DNA from: Rubrobacteraceae bacterium
GTDB taxonomy: Bacteria > Actinomycetota > Rubrobacteria > Rubrobacterales > Rubrobacteraceae
Assembly: GCA_036519775.1 (NCBI GenBank)
Contig: DATDKT010000093.1
Location: 17-64,016, forward strand
Direction: 5' to 3'
Length of the DNA: 64,000 nt
Each line of letters starts with the position of its first letter. Position 1 is the stretch's first letter. Of this stretch, positions 46,336 through 54,951 are shown one piece after another. The position numbers and the translations under genes were made by a program. The notes under the pieces are model-generated. The model made no database searches. It saw nothing but the letters and a program-made list of their open reading frames with translations, and was not told the origin of the DNA.

Positions 46336-47403
46336 TTGAGGATCATCGCCGGCTCGGCTCGCGGTATACGGCTCGCCCCGGTCCCAGAAGGCGTTCGACC
46401 GACCTCCGACCGGGTGCGGGAGGCAATCTTTAACTCTTTGGGCCAGTTCTTCGACGGCGGCGAGGCACTCGACCTCTACGCCGGGACCGGGGCTTTAGGT
46501 ATTGAGGCTCTCAGCCGCGGTTGCGATAAGGCGACGTTTGTTGAGAAGAACGATGGGGCAGCGCGTGCGATCCGGGATAATCTCCAGAGCACGGGGTTCG
46601 AGAATGAGGGGGAGGTGCTCCGGGGGGACGTTGCGGACGTGCTCGAACGACTTGTATCTGGGAGACGAGAATTCAATTTGATATTCGCGGACCCGCCATA
46701 TAGAATCTCACCGAGGGAGATCGGGGACGTCTTGAAGCGGCTGGCGGTTTTGCTCGCGCCCGGTGGACGTGCTGTGGTCGAGAGCGGCCATACTCCCGCG
46801 CGAACTACGGAGAGTTTGAAAGGGGCAAGCCGCCGCTACGGCGGCACCGTCGTAACCTTCCTTGAACGATCAGAACATACGATGAGAATAGCGATCTGTC
46901 CGGGCAGCTTCGATCCCATAACCGTCGGTCACCTGGACGTGATCCGGCGGGCGGCAGGCATCTTCGACCATGTGATCGTGGCCGTGGGCGCGAACCTGAG
47001 CAAGAAGCCCAGGCTCTCTGCCGAAGAGCGAGCGCAGCTCATAGAGAAGGTCACGGCGCCTTTCGAGAACGTCTCGGTAGAGGTGATGGACAGTCTCTTG
47101 ACGGAGTTCGCCCGGGAGCGGGGAGCCCGGGTGGTCGTAAAGGGTCTGAGGGCGGTATCGGACTTCGAGTCAGAGTTCGAGCAGGCGCAGCTCAACCGGA
47201 CGCTGTATTCTGAGTTCGAGACGGTGTTCATCATGGCGGCCGCGGAGCACAGCTTCCTCTCCTCGAGCGCGGTGCGAGAGATCGCGGGCTACGGCGGGGA
47301 CGTGCGCACGTTGGTCCCGGAAGGTGTACTCGACGTCGTCCGACAGGTATACAACAACAATACTAGTGCGGGCGAACAGGCAGCGGCAGGCGACAAAGGG
47401 TAG
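46336..47403 (+). CDS. coaD: in-frame fusion: 16S rRNA (guanine966-N2)-methyltransferase RsmD + phosphopantetheine adenylyltransferase CoaD
   Basis: Residues 1-182 are RsmD (IIAGSARG, LDLYAGTGALGIEALSRG, FADPPY). Residues 183-355 are CoaD (MRIAICPGSFDPITVGHLD...). There is no stop between them, and the internal ATG at 46882 has no SD. Confidence 0.85.
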   Translation: MRIIAGSARGIRLAPVPEGVRPTSDRVREAIFNSLGQFFDGGEALDLYAGTGALGIEALSRGCDKATFVEKNDGAARAIRDNLQSTGFENEGEVLRGDVADVLERLVSGRREFNLIFADPPYRISPREIGDVLKRLAVLLAPGGRAVVESGHTPARTTESLKGASRRYGGTVVTFLERSEHTMRIAICPGSFDPITVGHLDVIRRAAGIFDHVIVAVGANLSKKPRLSAEERAQLIEKVTAPFENVSVEVMDSLLTEFARERGARVVVKGLRAVSDFESEFEQAQLNRTLYSEFETVFIMAAAEHSFLSSSAVREIAGYGGDVRTLVPEGVLDVVRQVYNNNTSAGEQAAAGDKG

Positions 47404-47406
47404 AAT
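47401..47406 (+). promoter_or_regulatory. candidate -10 box (TAGAAT) overlapping the coaD stop codon, leaderless geometry
   Basis: TAGAAT, then a 6-nt spacer (acaata), then the ATG at 47413. Confidence 0.35.
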
Positions 47407-47412
47407 ACAATA

Positions 47413-47868
47413 ATGGACGTGCTGGTTTTGATAGACAGGTTGGAGGAGTTGGTTGAGGAAGCGCGGAGCTTCCCCGGCTTCGGTAACACGGCGATGATCG
47501 ACCGTGACGCCGCCTTCGACGTTATAGACCAGATGCGCCAGACCATCCCGGAGGAGCTCAAGCAGGCGCGTTGGATCGTGAAGGAGCGCCAGGCGATGCT
47601 CGACGAGGCGCGCAGCGAGAGCGACCGTATCATCCGCCAGTCCCAGGAGGAGGCCGAGAAGATCACCTCCGAAGAGGAGGTCCTCAAGCGGGCCGAGAAG
47701 CGGAGCGCGGAGATCCTGGAAGACTCTAGGCGCCGCGAGCGAGAGATACGCCTAGGCGCAGAGGATTACGCCGACGAGGTGCTAGCGAACCTCGAAGAGA
47801 ACCTGGCCCGGCTCCTGGAGGCCGTCCAGCGTGGCCGCTCGAAGTTGCAGGGCGTCCCCGAAGAGTAA
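47413..47868 (+). CDS. hypothetical coiled-coil protein (ATPase-subunit-B/H-like annotation class)
   Basis: 151 aa, highly charged heptad-like sequence (EELKQARWIVKERQAMLDEARSESDRIIRQSQEEAEKI...). It occupies the conserved position between coaD and yceD. Confidence 0.55.
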   Translation: MDVLVLIDRLEELVEEARSFPGFGNTAMIDRDAAFDVIDQMRQTIPEELKQARWIVKERQAMLDEARSESDRIIRQSQEEAEKITSEEEVLKRAEKRSAEILEDSRRREREIRLGAEDYADEVLANLEENLARLLEAVQRGRSKLQGVPEE

Positions 47869-47877
47869 AATAAGGGC

Positions 47878-48336
47878 ATGGACAAGACGATCAAGCTACA
47901 GCGCCCGGGGATGGGCATAGGGGACACGCGTGAGCTTCGGGCGTCTTTCGAGTTACCGTCCTTCGACCTCTACGGCCGGCGGCACGAGATCTCGGGCGCT
48001 GAAGCGCGCGTCCTCGTCACTAAGCTCGCTGAGGGTCTGTACCTAGACTTCGAGGTCACTTGTTGCGTTGCGACTACCTGCGACCGTACCCTCGAGCCTA
48101 CGGAGCTCGCGCTCTCCTTTGGCGAGTCGGAGTTCCTCTCGGGGCCGAACGACCCGCAGCTGTACGTCGAGGACTGGGAGTTGAATGTAGTGCACTACAC
48201 TCGGGAGGCGCTCCCGAGCGAGGTCCCTATGCAGGTCTTCTGCCCGGGTACGAAGCCGGTGAAGCCCGAGTCGGACGGGGACGAGATCGACCCGCGCTGG
48301 CGGGGTCTCGGAGACCTCTTTGTTTCGGGCTCTTAG
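47878..48336 (+). CDS. yceD: YceD/DUF177-family protein (large-subunit rRNA accumulation protein)
   Basis: 152 aa, acidic, C-terminal DPRW motif. It sits immediately upstream of rpmF, as is usual for DUF177. Confidence 0.85.
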   Translation: MDKTIKLQRPGMGIGDTRELRASFELPSFDLYGRRHEISGAEARVLVTKLAEGLYLDFEVTCCVATTCDRTLEPTELALSFGESEFLSGPNDPQLYVEDWELNVVHYTREALPSEVPMQVFCPGTKPVKPESDGDEIDPRWRGLGDLFVSGS

Positions 48337-48371
48337 ACCAGGCAAAGCTAACAACCGCAGGAGGTAATTTC

Positions 48372-48557
48372 ATGGCCGTACCGAAGAAGAAGACGTCGCA
48401 GGCTCGTCGGGACCAGCGCCGGGCGCACCATGCCTTAAAGGGCCCGAACCTCATCGCGTGTCCGAACTGCGATGAGCCGCGTATAGCGCACCGGGTATGC
48501 TCCAACTGCGGCTTCTACAAAGGGCGTACCGTCGTTGCCGTAGAGGCTACCGAGTAG
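48372..48557 (+). CDS. rpmF: 50S ribosomal protein L32
   Basis: 61 aa [20 protein letters not shown] with the zinc ribbon CPNC...CSNC. Strong SD (aggagg). Confidence 0.95.
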   Translation: MAVPKKKTSQARRDQRRAHHALKGPNLIACPNCDEPRIAHRVCSNCGFYKGRTVVAVEATE

Positions 48558-48586
48558 CTTACAGCGCACCCTCCGACGCGAAGCGC

Positions 48587-49600
48587 GTGCACGTAGCAGT
48601 GGACGCCCTCGGCGGGGACAACGCGCCGGCGGAGATCGTCGCGGGCACGTTCGCCGCCGCAAAGAGGCTGCCCGACGATGAGTTGATCCTCGTAGGTGGG
48701 GCGGAGGCGGCGTGGGACGCTTTGAGGTCTGGCATTCCCGGGAATGTCTCGTTTCGAGAGAGCGGCGGAGCCATCCGTATGGACGAGGAGCCCGCGGCGG
48801 CGCTACGCGCGCGGCCAGACACTAGCGTTGCGGTAGCCGCGCGGGCGGTGCGGGCTGGGGAGGCCGACGCGTTCTTCTCGGCAGGAAGCACGGGGGCTAC
48901 GGTGGCGGCCGCACTCCTCGAGGTCGGGCGTATAAAGGGCTGCCGGAGGCCTGCTATCGCCACGATACTACCGTTCGACAAACCCACGTTGCTGCTAGAC
49001 GTCGGAGCCACCGTCGCGTGCCGTCCGCAAGACCTGTTGAATTTCGCTATCCTTGGCGGTGTGTTCGCGAGCAGATACCTTGGTTTGAGAGAAGTACCCA
49101 GGGTTGGCCTGCTCAACGTCGGCGAAGAGCCGGGCAAGGGCGACGACCTAGCCAGAGAAGCCCACGGATTGCTCGTCGCGTCCGGTGCCGTCGACTTCGT
49201 CGGCAACGTGGAGGGGCGGAGCATCGCGCGTGGGGTAGCGGATGTCCTCGTGACCGACGGCTTCACCGGCAACGTCGTTCTAAAGACCGCCGAGGGTGTG
49301 GCGCGCGAGATTATGGGGATGGTGCGCGGGGCGGTAACCTCGAACGTACTGACCAAGCTGGCCGGAAGTGTGCTGCGGCCACGGCTCCTCGCCGTGCGCG
49401 ACCGGGTGGACCCCGAAAACTACGGCGGTTCGTTCCTTCTCGGCGTGCGCGGCTCGGTGGTTATAGGCCACGGTAACTCCTGCACTCGCGGCGTCGAAAA
49501 TGCCCTTTTGGGCATCTCGCGCGCCGGTGCCGGCCTCGTGGAAGAATCTGAGAGAGCCCTCGCCACGGTGCGGGAGCAAAGCACCGGGGACAAGGTTTGA
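48587..49600 (+). CDS. plsX: phosphate acyltransferase PlsX
   Basis: Starts [14 protein letters not shown], the PlsX N-terminal signature. I chose GTG 48587 inside the longer ORF from 48497, which overlaps rpmF. Confidence 0.93.
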   Translation: MHVAVDALGGDNAPAEIVAGTFAAAKRLPDDELILVGGAEAAWDALRSGIPGNVSFRESGGAIRMDEEPAAALRARPDTSVAVAARAVRAGEADAFFSAGSTGATVAAALLEVGRIKGCRRPAIATILPFDKPTLLLDVGATVACRPQDLLNFAILGGVFASRYLGLREVPRVGLLNVGEEPGKGDDLAREAHGLLVASGAVDFVGNVEGRSIARGVADVLVTDGFTGNVVLKTAEGVAREIMGMVRGAVTSNVLTKLAGSVLRPRLLAVRDRVDPENYGGSFLLGVRGSVVIGHGNSCTRGVENALLGISRAGAGLVEESERALATVREQSTGDKV

Positions 49601-50562
49601 ACGGCGCGCGAGGTCCTTCCGGTGACGCTGCCGGTAAGATTCTGGGCGTCGGACGCTCTCTGGGGAGCAGGACCGTCACCAACCACGACCTCGAGAAGGT
49701 CCTCGATACCGACGATGCCTGGGTGGTCGAGCGCACCGGCATAAAGGAGCGCCACTTCGTAGCCGACGACGAGGACTGCGCGACCCTCGCCGCGGAGGCC
49801 TCGAAGCAGGCGCTTGCACACGCCGAGCTGAAGGGAGAGGCGATAGACCTGATCCTGTGCGCCACCTCGACCGGTCCCGAGTCGATGCCTTCGGTAGCTT
49901 GTCTCGTTGGGGAGGCTGTCGGGGCGCTCGGAGCGGGGGCCATGGACGTGGCGGCGGCGTGCACCGGCTACTCTTACGCGGCGAGCGTCGCCCACTCGAT
50001 GCTAAAGAGCGGCGCGGCCCAGCGCATCTTGTTGATCGGGGCTGATGCGATGACCAAGATCGTAGACCAGAATGACCGCTCGACCGCCGTCCTCTTCGCC
50101 GATGGCGCGGGCGCGGTCGTCCTCGAAAAGGGCGACGGCTCCTCCGGCTTCGTGGACCACATCCTCGGCGCTGATGGTCGGATGGCGCCCTTGGGACGCG
50201 CCGGCCATCCGGGTACGCGGAATAAGCTCTACCAGAACGGCCGCGAAGTCTTCAAGTTTGCCGCCAGGATCTTCCCCGAAATGTTCGAGAAACTCCTCGC
50301 CCGCAACGGCGTCTCCCCCGAAGAGGTCCAGTACGTAATCCCGCATCAAGCAAATGCACGCATAATACACGCGGCGGCGCGGAAGATGGAGGTGCCGGAG
50401 GAGAATATTGTGGTGAACCTAGACCGGTTCGGGAACACGTCGGCGGCGAGCATCCCGCTCTCCTACCCGGATATTTACGACCGGTTGGAGCCGGGGCTGT
50501 ACATCGTAACGGTCGGCTTCGGGTTCGGGCTGACGTGGGCGGCGAACTTGTACAGGATCTAG
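49597..50562 (+). CDS. fabH: beta-ketoacyl-ACP synthase III
   Basis: 321 aa with the active-site AACTGYSY, and the HQAN and GNTSAAS motifs. Its start overlaps the plsX stop. Confidence 0.93.
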   Translation: MNGARGPSGDAAGKILGVGRSLGSRTVTNHDLEKVLDTDDAWVVERTGIKERHFVADDEDCATLAAEASKQALAHAELKGEAIDLILCATSTGPESMPSVACLVGEAVGALGAGAMDVAAACTGYSYAASVAHSMLKSGAAQRILLIGADAMTKIVDQNDRSTAVLFADGAGAVVLEKGDGSSGFVDHILGADGRMAPLGRAGHPGTRNKLYQNGREVFKFAARIFPEMFEKLLARNGVSPEEVQYVIPHQANARIIHAAARKMEVPEENIVVNLDRFGNTSAASIPLSYPDIYDRLEPGLYIVTVGFGFGLTWAANLYRI

Positions 50563-50571
50563 GGAGGTATA

Positions 50572-51387
50572 TTGGCGCTGCGTCTGGCTGTCGTATTCCC
50601 GGGGCAGGGTACGGCAAGCGGAGAGGTTTCGAGTGAACTCCGGGACCTTGTGGGGTGCGTGGTAGGCGACGGTAAGGTCCCCTACCAGCTCTCCGTCTTC
50701 GCGAGCTCGGTCGACACGTTCCACGAGATGAGGGGGAGGGGCGTCGAACCGGCCGTGGTAGCCGGGCACTCTTTAGGCGAGTACGCGGCGGCCTACGCCT
50801 CGGGGTCCTTGGGGCTCGAAGACGGGGCACGACTTGTGGCGGAAAGAGACCGGCTAATGACGGAGGCGTCTAGAGAGACCCCGGGCGGCATGATCGTGAT
50901 CATCGGCCCCGGCCCGCGGGAGGTCCTGGAAGCCGTGGGGACAGAGGATGGCACCGTAGTCGCGGCCAACTTCAACACCCCGCGCCAGACGGTCATCTCC
51001 GGTGTGGAAGGGGCGCTCGCAGACGTGGCCGAACGGGTGGGTGGAAAGAAACGCAAGCTCGATGTCGTAGGCGCGTTCCACTCGCCGTTCATGCAGGAGG
51101 CGGCGGTGGGGATGGACCGGCTTTTGGCGGAGGTCTCGTTAGAGGACCCCAAGGTGCCGATAGTAAGCGGGATGGACGGTGCGATACTCACCAAGGCCGA
51201 CGACGTGCGCCTCGCACTCAGGGACCAGATGCTCTCGCCCGTGCAATGGGTCGCGGTCGTGGAACGGTTCGCGGCTTTGGGGGTCGAGGAGGTTGTGGAG
51301 GCGGGAGGGGGCACGCTCGTAAGGATGCTCAGGGATTTCGAGGACGTGGAGATGCGGGGCCGGGCGGCGAGGGAGGTGCTGGCGTGA
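50572..51387 (+). CDS. fabD: malonyl CoA-ACP transacylase
   Basis: 271 aa, compact, with [22 protein letters not shown] and GAFHSPFM. Confidence 0.9.
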   Translation: MALRLAVVFPGQGTASGEVSSELRDLVGCVVGDGKVPYQLSVFASSVDTFHEMRGRGVEPAVVAGHSLGEYAAAYASGSLGLEDGARLVAERDRLMTEASRETPGGMIVIIGPGPREVLEAVGTEDGTVVAANFNTPRQTVISGVEGALADVAERVGGKKRKLDVVGAFHSPFMQEAAVGMDRLLAEVSLEDPKVPIVSGMDGAILTKADDVRLALRDQMLSPVQWVAVVERFAALGVEEVVEAGGGTLVRMLRDFEDVEMRGRAAREVLA

Positions 51388-51833
51388 AGCTGCCGCTCGG
51401 ACCCGCCACAATCCGGGAGCTCATCCCGCACCGGTACCCTTTCCTGCTGGTGGACAGGATCGAGGAGGTGGAGCCGGGGGTGCGCGCCGTAGGGACAAAG
51501 AACGTTACACAGAACGAGCCTTTCTTCGAGGGTCATTTCCCGGATTACCCGGTGATGCCGGGAGTCCTCATCGTCGAGGCGATGGCGCAGGTCGGGGCGG
51601 TTGGGGTGATGGCGCTCGAGGAGTTCCGCGGTAAGCTCGCCCTCTTCGCCGGGATCGACGGCGTGAGGTTCCGGCGGCAGGTCATCCCCGGCGATACCTT
51701 GAGGATGGAGGTCGAGCTCACGCGCCTCAAGGACAGGGCAGGTCGGGGCAAGGGTGCCGTGACGGTAGGCGGCGAGCGCGTCTGCGAGGCTGAGCTGATG
51801 TTCGCGTTCGCCGAGAGGGTGGAGGGAGAGTAG
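51384..51833 (+). CDS. fabZ: 3-hydroxyacyl-ACP dehydratase FabZ
   Basis: 149 aa from GTG 51384 (GTGA overlap with fabD), with [14 protein letters not shown] and [16 protein letters not shown]. Confidence 0.93.
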   Translation: MKLPLGPATIRELIPHRYPFLLVDRIEEVEPGVRAVGTKNVTQNEPFFEGHFPDYPVMPGVLIVEAMAQVGAVGVMALEEFRGKLALFAGIDGVRFRRQVIPGDTLRMEVELTRLKDRAGRGKGAVTVGGERVCEAELMFAFAERVEGE

Positions 51834-52573
51834 TGAAGGGAAGGGTAGCTCTCGTGACCGGTGGCGGACGCGGGATAGGGCGCGCCATCGCCACGAGGCT
51901 CACCGAAGAGGGCGCAAAAGTAGCCATCTCCTACCGCGTCAACGACGCGGCGGCCGAGGAGACCGCAAATCTCATCCGCGAAACGGGCGCCGAGTGCGAG
52001 TTGTTCAAGGGTGATGTGGCTACTCCCGAGGACGTCGAGGCTCTTGTCAAAGGTATAGGTAAGGCCTTCGGGCCCGTGGAGATCCTCATCAACAACGCCG
52101 GGACGACGCGCGACAACATCCTGCTTCGCATGAAGGATGCGGAGTTCGATGAGGTCCTGGCGACGAACCTTAAGGGCACGTACCTGTGCACGCGGGCGGT
52201 CTTGCGGGGGATGGTGCGAGCCAGGTGGGGCAGGATCGTGAACGTCAGCTCGGTCGTTGGCCTGCTCGGAAATGCGGGGCAAGCGAACTACGCGGCCTCG
52301 AAGGCGGGCATTATCGGCTTCACCAAGAGCGTCGCCCGGGAGGTCGCGGGACGCAGCATAACGGCCAACGTGATAGCGCCGGGTTACGTCGAAACGGAGC
52401 TAACAGGTTCGTTGCCGGAGAGCATCAAAGGGCAGATTCTCGGGCAGGTGCCGGTGGGGCGTTTCGGGGAGCCGGAGGAGGTGGCGGAGGTCGTGGCGTT
52501 CCTCGCCTCCGAGGGCGCGGCCTACGTAACGGGCCAGACGATAGCGGTGGACGGCGGGATGGTTATGCAATAG
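51833..52573 (+). CDS. fabG: 3-oxoacyl-ACP reductase
   Basis: 246 aa SDR with VTGGGRGIG, NNAG and YAASKAG. Confidence 0.93.
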   Translation: MKGRVALVTGGGRGIGRAIATRLTEEGAKVAISYRVNDAAAEETANLIRETGAECELFKGDVATPEDVEALVKGIGKAFGPVEILINNAGTTRDNILLRMKDAEFDEVLATNLKGTYLCTRAVLRGMVRARWGRIVNVSSVVGLLGNAGQANYAASKAGIIGFTKSVAREVAGRSITANVIAPGYVETELTGSLPESIKGQILGQVPVGRFGEPEEVAEVVAFLASEGAAYVTGQTIAVDGGMVMQ

Positions 52574-52663
52574 GGTGATTTGCGCTACACTACGCGCTAT
52601 CTCGCGGTCGGGAGTTCGTGGGATAGGGTTTGGGAGATTGTATCCGTCGTAAGGAGACGTAGA

Positions 52664-52909
52664 ATGGAACGAGATGAGATACTGGAGAAGATTCGGGAGA
52701 TCACCGCCGACCGGCTCGGAGTGGACGAGGGTGACGTAACGCCGGAGGCCTCTTTTAGGGAGGACCTCGAGGCGGACTCGCTGGACCTTGTGGAGCTAAT
52801 CATGGAGCTCGAAGAGCAGTTTGGAATGGAGATCCCCGACGAGGAGGCGGAGAAGATCACCACGGTCGAGCAGGCCGTGGACTACGTGGCGGAGCACCAG
52901 GCCGCGTGA
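52664..52909 (+). CDS. acpP: acyl carrier protein
   Basis: 81 aa from ATG 52664 (SD aaggag) with the phosphopantetheine site [11 protein letters not shown]. Confidence 0.95.
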   Translation: MERDEILEKIREITADRLGVDEGDVTPEASFREDLEADSLDLVELIMELEEQFGMEIPDEEAEKITTVEQAVDYVAEHQAA

Positions 52910-54159
52910 CCGACGCTCCCCTAAACGGTAGGGGATACGCCTTCGTGACGGGCACGGGGGCGGTAACGCCCGTCGGCACCGGCACGGAGAACTTCTGGGA
53001 CGCGGCGCTGCACGGCAAGAGCGGCGCTGGGGAGATCACTCTCTTCGATCCCTCGCCCTTCCCCTCGCACATCGCCGGGGAGTGCTCGGACTTCGATCCG
53101 GTGGACTTCATGTCCAAGAAAGAGGCCCGCCGGATGGATCGCTACGCCCAGTTTGGTGTCGCCGCTGGTGTCCAGGCCGCGGAGAGCGCTAGGATAATAG
53201 GGACGATCCAGCAGGCGCCGGAGCGGGTGGCTATAGTAATAGGGAGCGGTATTGGTGGGCTCTCAACATGGGAGCGGGAGTACAAGGTGCTACACGAGAG
53301 GGGCGCGAACCGGGTGAGCCCCTTCCTGATTACGATGATGGTGCCGAACATGGCTGCCGGCCAGCTCGCCATAATGCTCGGGGCTACCGGCCCCACCCAG
53401 TGCCCGGTCCTCGCCTGCGCTACGGGCGGCGAGGCCGTCGCCGAGGGGCTAGAGCTCATCCGTCGGGGTGACGCGGACGTGGTTATTGCCGGTTCGGCGG
53501 AGGCCCCGATCACGCCCTTGAGCATGGCGGGTTTCTGCGCGATCCGGGCCATCAGCACGCGTAACGAGGAGCCACACCGAGCGAGTCGGCCCTTCGACGC
53601 GGATCGGGACGGGTTCTTGATGAGCGAGGGCGCCGGGGCCATGGTCCTGGAGAGCCCCGAGCACGCCGAACGGCGCGGCGCCGAGCCAATAGCCAGGGTG
53701 ATGGGCTACGGACGCACGACGGACGCCTATCACGTGACGGCGCCGGACGTCGAGGGGCGCGGGGTAGAGCGGGCTATGAAGCTGGCCTTGGAGGACGCGG
53801 GGCTAACGGCTGAAGAGATCAGGCACGTCAACGCGCACGCGACTAGCACGCCCACCGGGGACGGGCCGGAGACCAAGGCGATCTCGCGCCTCCTGTCGCA
53901 CGCGGCGGTCTCGGCGACGAAGTCCATGACGGGCCACTCCTTCGGGGCCGTTGGGGCAACCGAGGGCATCATGTGCACCCTGGCCCTGAAGCATAAGGTT
54001 TTGCCACCGACAATCAACCTCGAAGAGCTAGCCGAGGATTGCGAGTCCCTGGACTACGTCACGGAGGCGAGGGAGGTCCCGGACCTCAAAGCTGCCATCT
54101 CGAACTCGATGGGCTTCGGCGGGCACAATGTGGTCGTGGCGTTTGCTAGTGTAGAATAG
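52906..54159 (+). CDS. fabF: beta-ketoacyl-ACP synthase II
   Basis: 417 aa with active-site ACATG, HATSTP and GHSFGA motifs. GTGA overlap with acpP. Confidence 0.95.
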   Translation: MTDAPLNGRGYAFVTGTGAVTPVGTGTENFWDAALHGKSGAGEITLFDPSPFPSHIAGECSDFDPVDFMSKKEARRMDRYAQFGVAAGVQAAESARIIGTIQQAPERVAIVIGSGIGGLSTWEREYKVLHERGANRVSPFLITMMVPNMAAGQLAIMLGATGPTQCPVLACATGGEAVAEGLELIRRGDADVVIAGSAEAPITPLSMAGFCAIRAISTRNEEPHRASRPFDADRDGFLMSEGAGAMVLESPEHAERRGAEPIARVMGYGRTTDAYHVTAPDVEGRGVERAMKLALEDAGLTAEEIRHVNAHATSTPTGDGPETKAISRLLSHAAVSATKSMTGHSFGAVGATEGIMCTLALKHKVLPPTINLEELAEDCESLDYVTEAREVPDLKAAISNSMGFGGHNVVVAFASVE

Positions 54160-54171
54160 TTGGGAACGGAC

Positions 54172-54831
54172 ATGTCCCTACGAGACTTGATAAACATACT
54201 CCCGGAGCCTTTGCGGCAGCGGACGCTCACCCACCCCAGCGTCGCCGACCCCTACGACTCGAACGGTCGGCTGGAGTTCCTCGGTGACTCGGTCCTCAAC
54301 GGCCGGGTGGCCGAGCTGGTCTTCCACGGGTATCCGGAGCTGTTGGAAGGGGACCTCACACGCATCCGGGCGCATCTGGTGCGCAAGTCCTACCTCGCGA
54401 CTGTCGGACGTAGCGAGGGGCTGGAGGAGGACATCGAAAGCTCCGTAATCAACGAATCCGTCATTGCGGACACGGTCGAGGCGATCATAGGCGCCGCGTA
54501 CCTCATAGACAAAGAGCTCGTGTACAGGACGATCGATGAGATCTTCAACCCCGCCGAGGTGGACACCGACGAGCTTCGGGACTGGAAGACCCTGCTGCAG
54601 GAGACGCTTCAGGCCGAGGGACTCAGGCCCATCTACCGGGTCCAAGCCAAAGACGGTCCTCCGCACCGTCCGCACTTCACCAGCGCGGTCTCGGTGGATG
54701 GCAGGCAGGTAGCCTCTGGCGAAGGCAACTCCATCAAAGAGAGCGAACAGGCTGCGGCGCGCGCCGCTTTAGAGATCCTGGGCATCCGCCCGGTGCCCCG
54801 TGCCGCCGTCGAGGTGCACGTAGGCGCGTAG
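54172..54831 (+). CDS. rnc: ribonuclease III
   Basis: RNase III signature RLEFLGDSVLNG and a C-terminal dsRBD (PHRPHFT...GEGNSIKESEQAAA). I prefer ATG 54172; the ORF opens at TTG 54160. Confidence 0.9.
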   Translation: MSLRDLINILPEPLRQRTLTHPSVADPYDSNGRLEFLGDSVLNGRVAELVFHGYPELLEGDLTRIRAHLVRKSYLATVGRSEGLEEDIESSVINESVIADTVEAIIGAAYLIDKELVYRTIDEIFNPAEVDTDELRDWKTLLQETLQAEGLRPIYRVQAKDGPPHRPHFTSAVSVDGRQVASGEGNSIKESEQAAARAALEILGIRPVPRAAVEVHVGA

Positions 54832-54951
54832 TCTTTCTTGTAGTTTTCCGAAAAAGGCTGTTCTTTGCGTTCGACCTCGGAGTTTACGCGCTTTTTTTGC
54901 TGCGGTTTTCTACATGATTTGACGGTAAAAACCGCGTAAAATGAGTCATCG

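Noticed and set aside
54919-54942. TTGACG ... TAAAAT upstream of smc as a classical -35/-10 pair.
   Set aside because: The spacer is only 12 nt, so the two hexamers cannot function together. TAAAAT alone is retained as a possible -10 box in the leaderless/short-leader finding.
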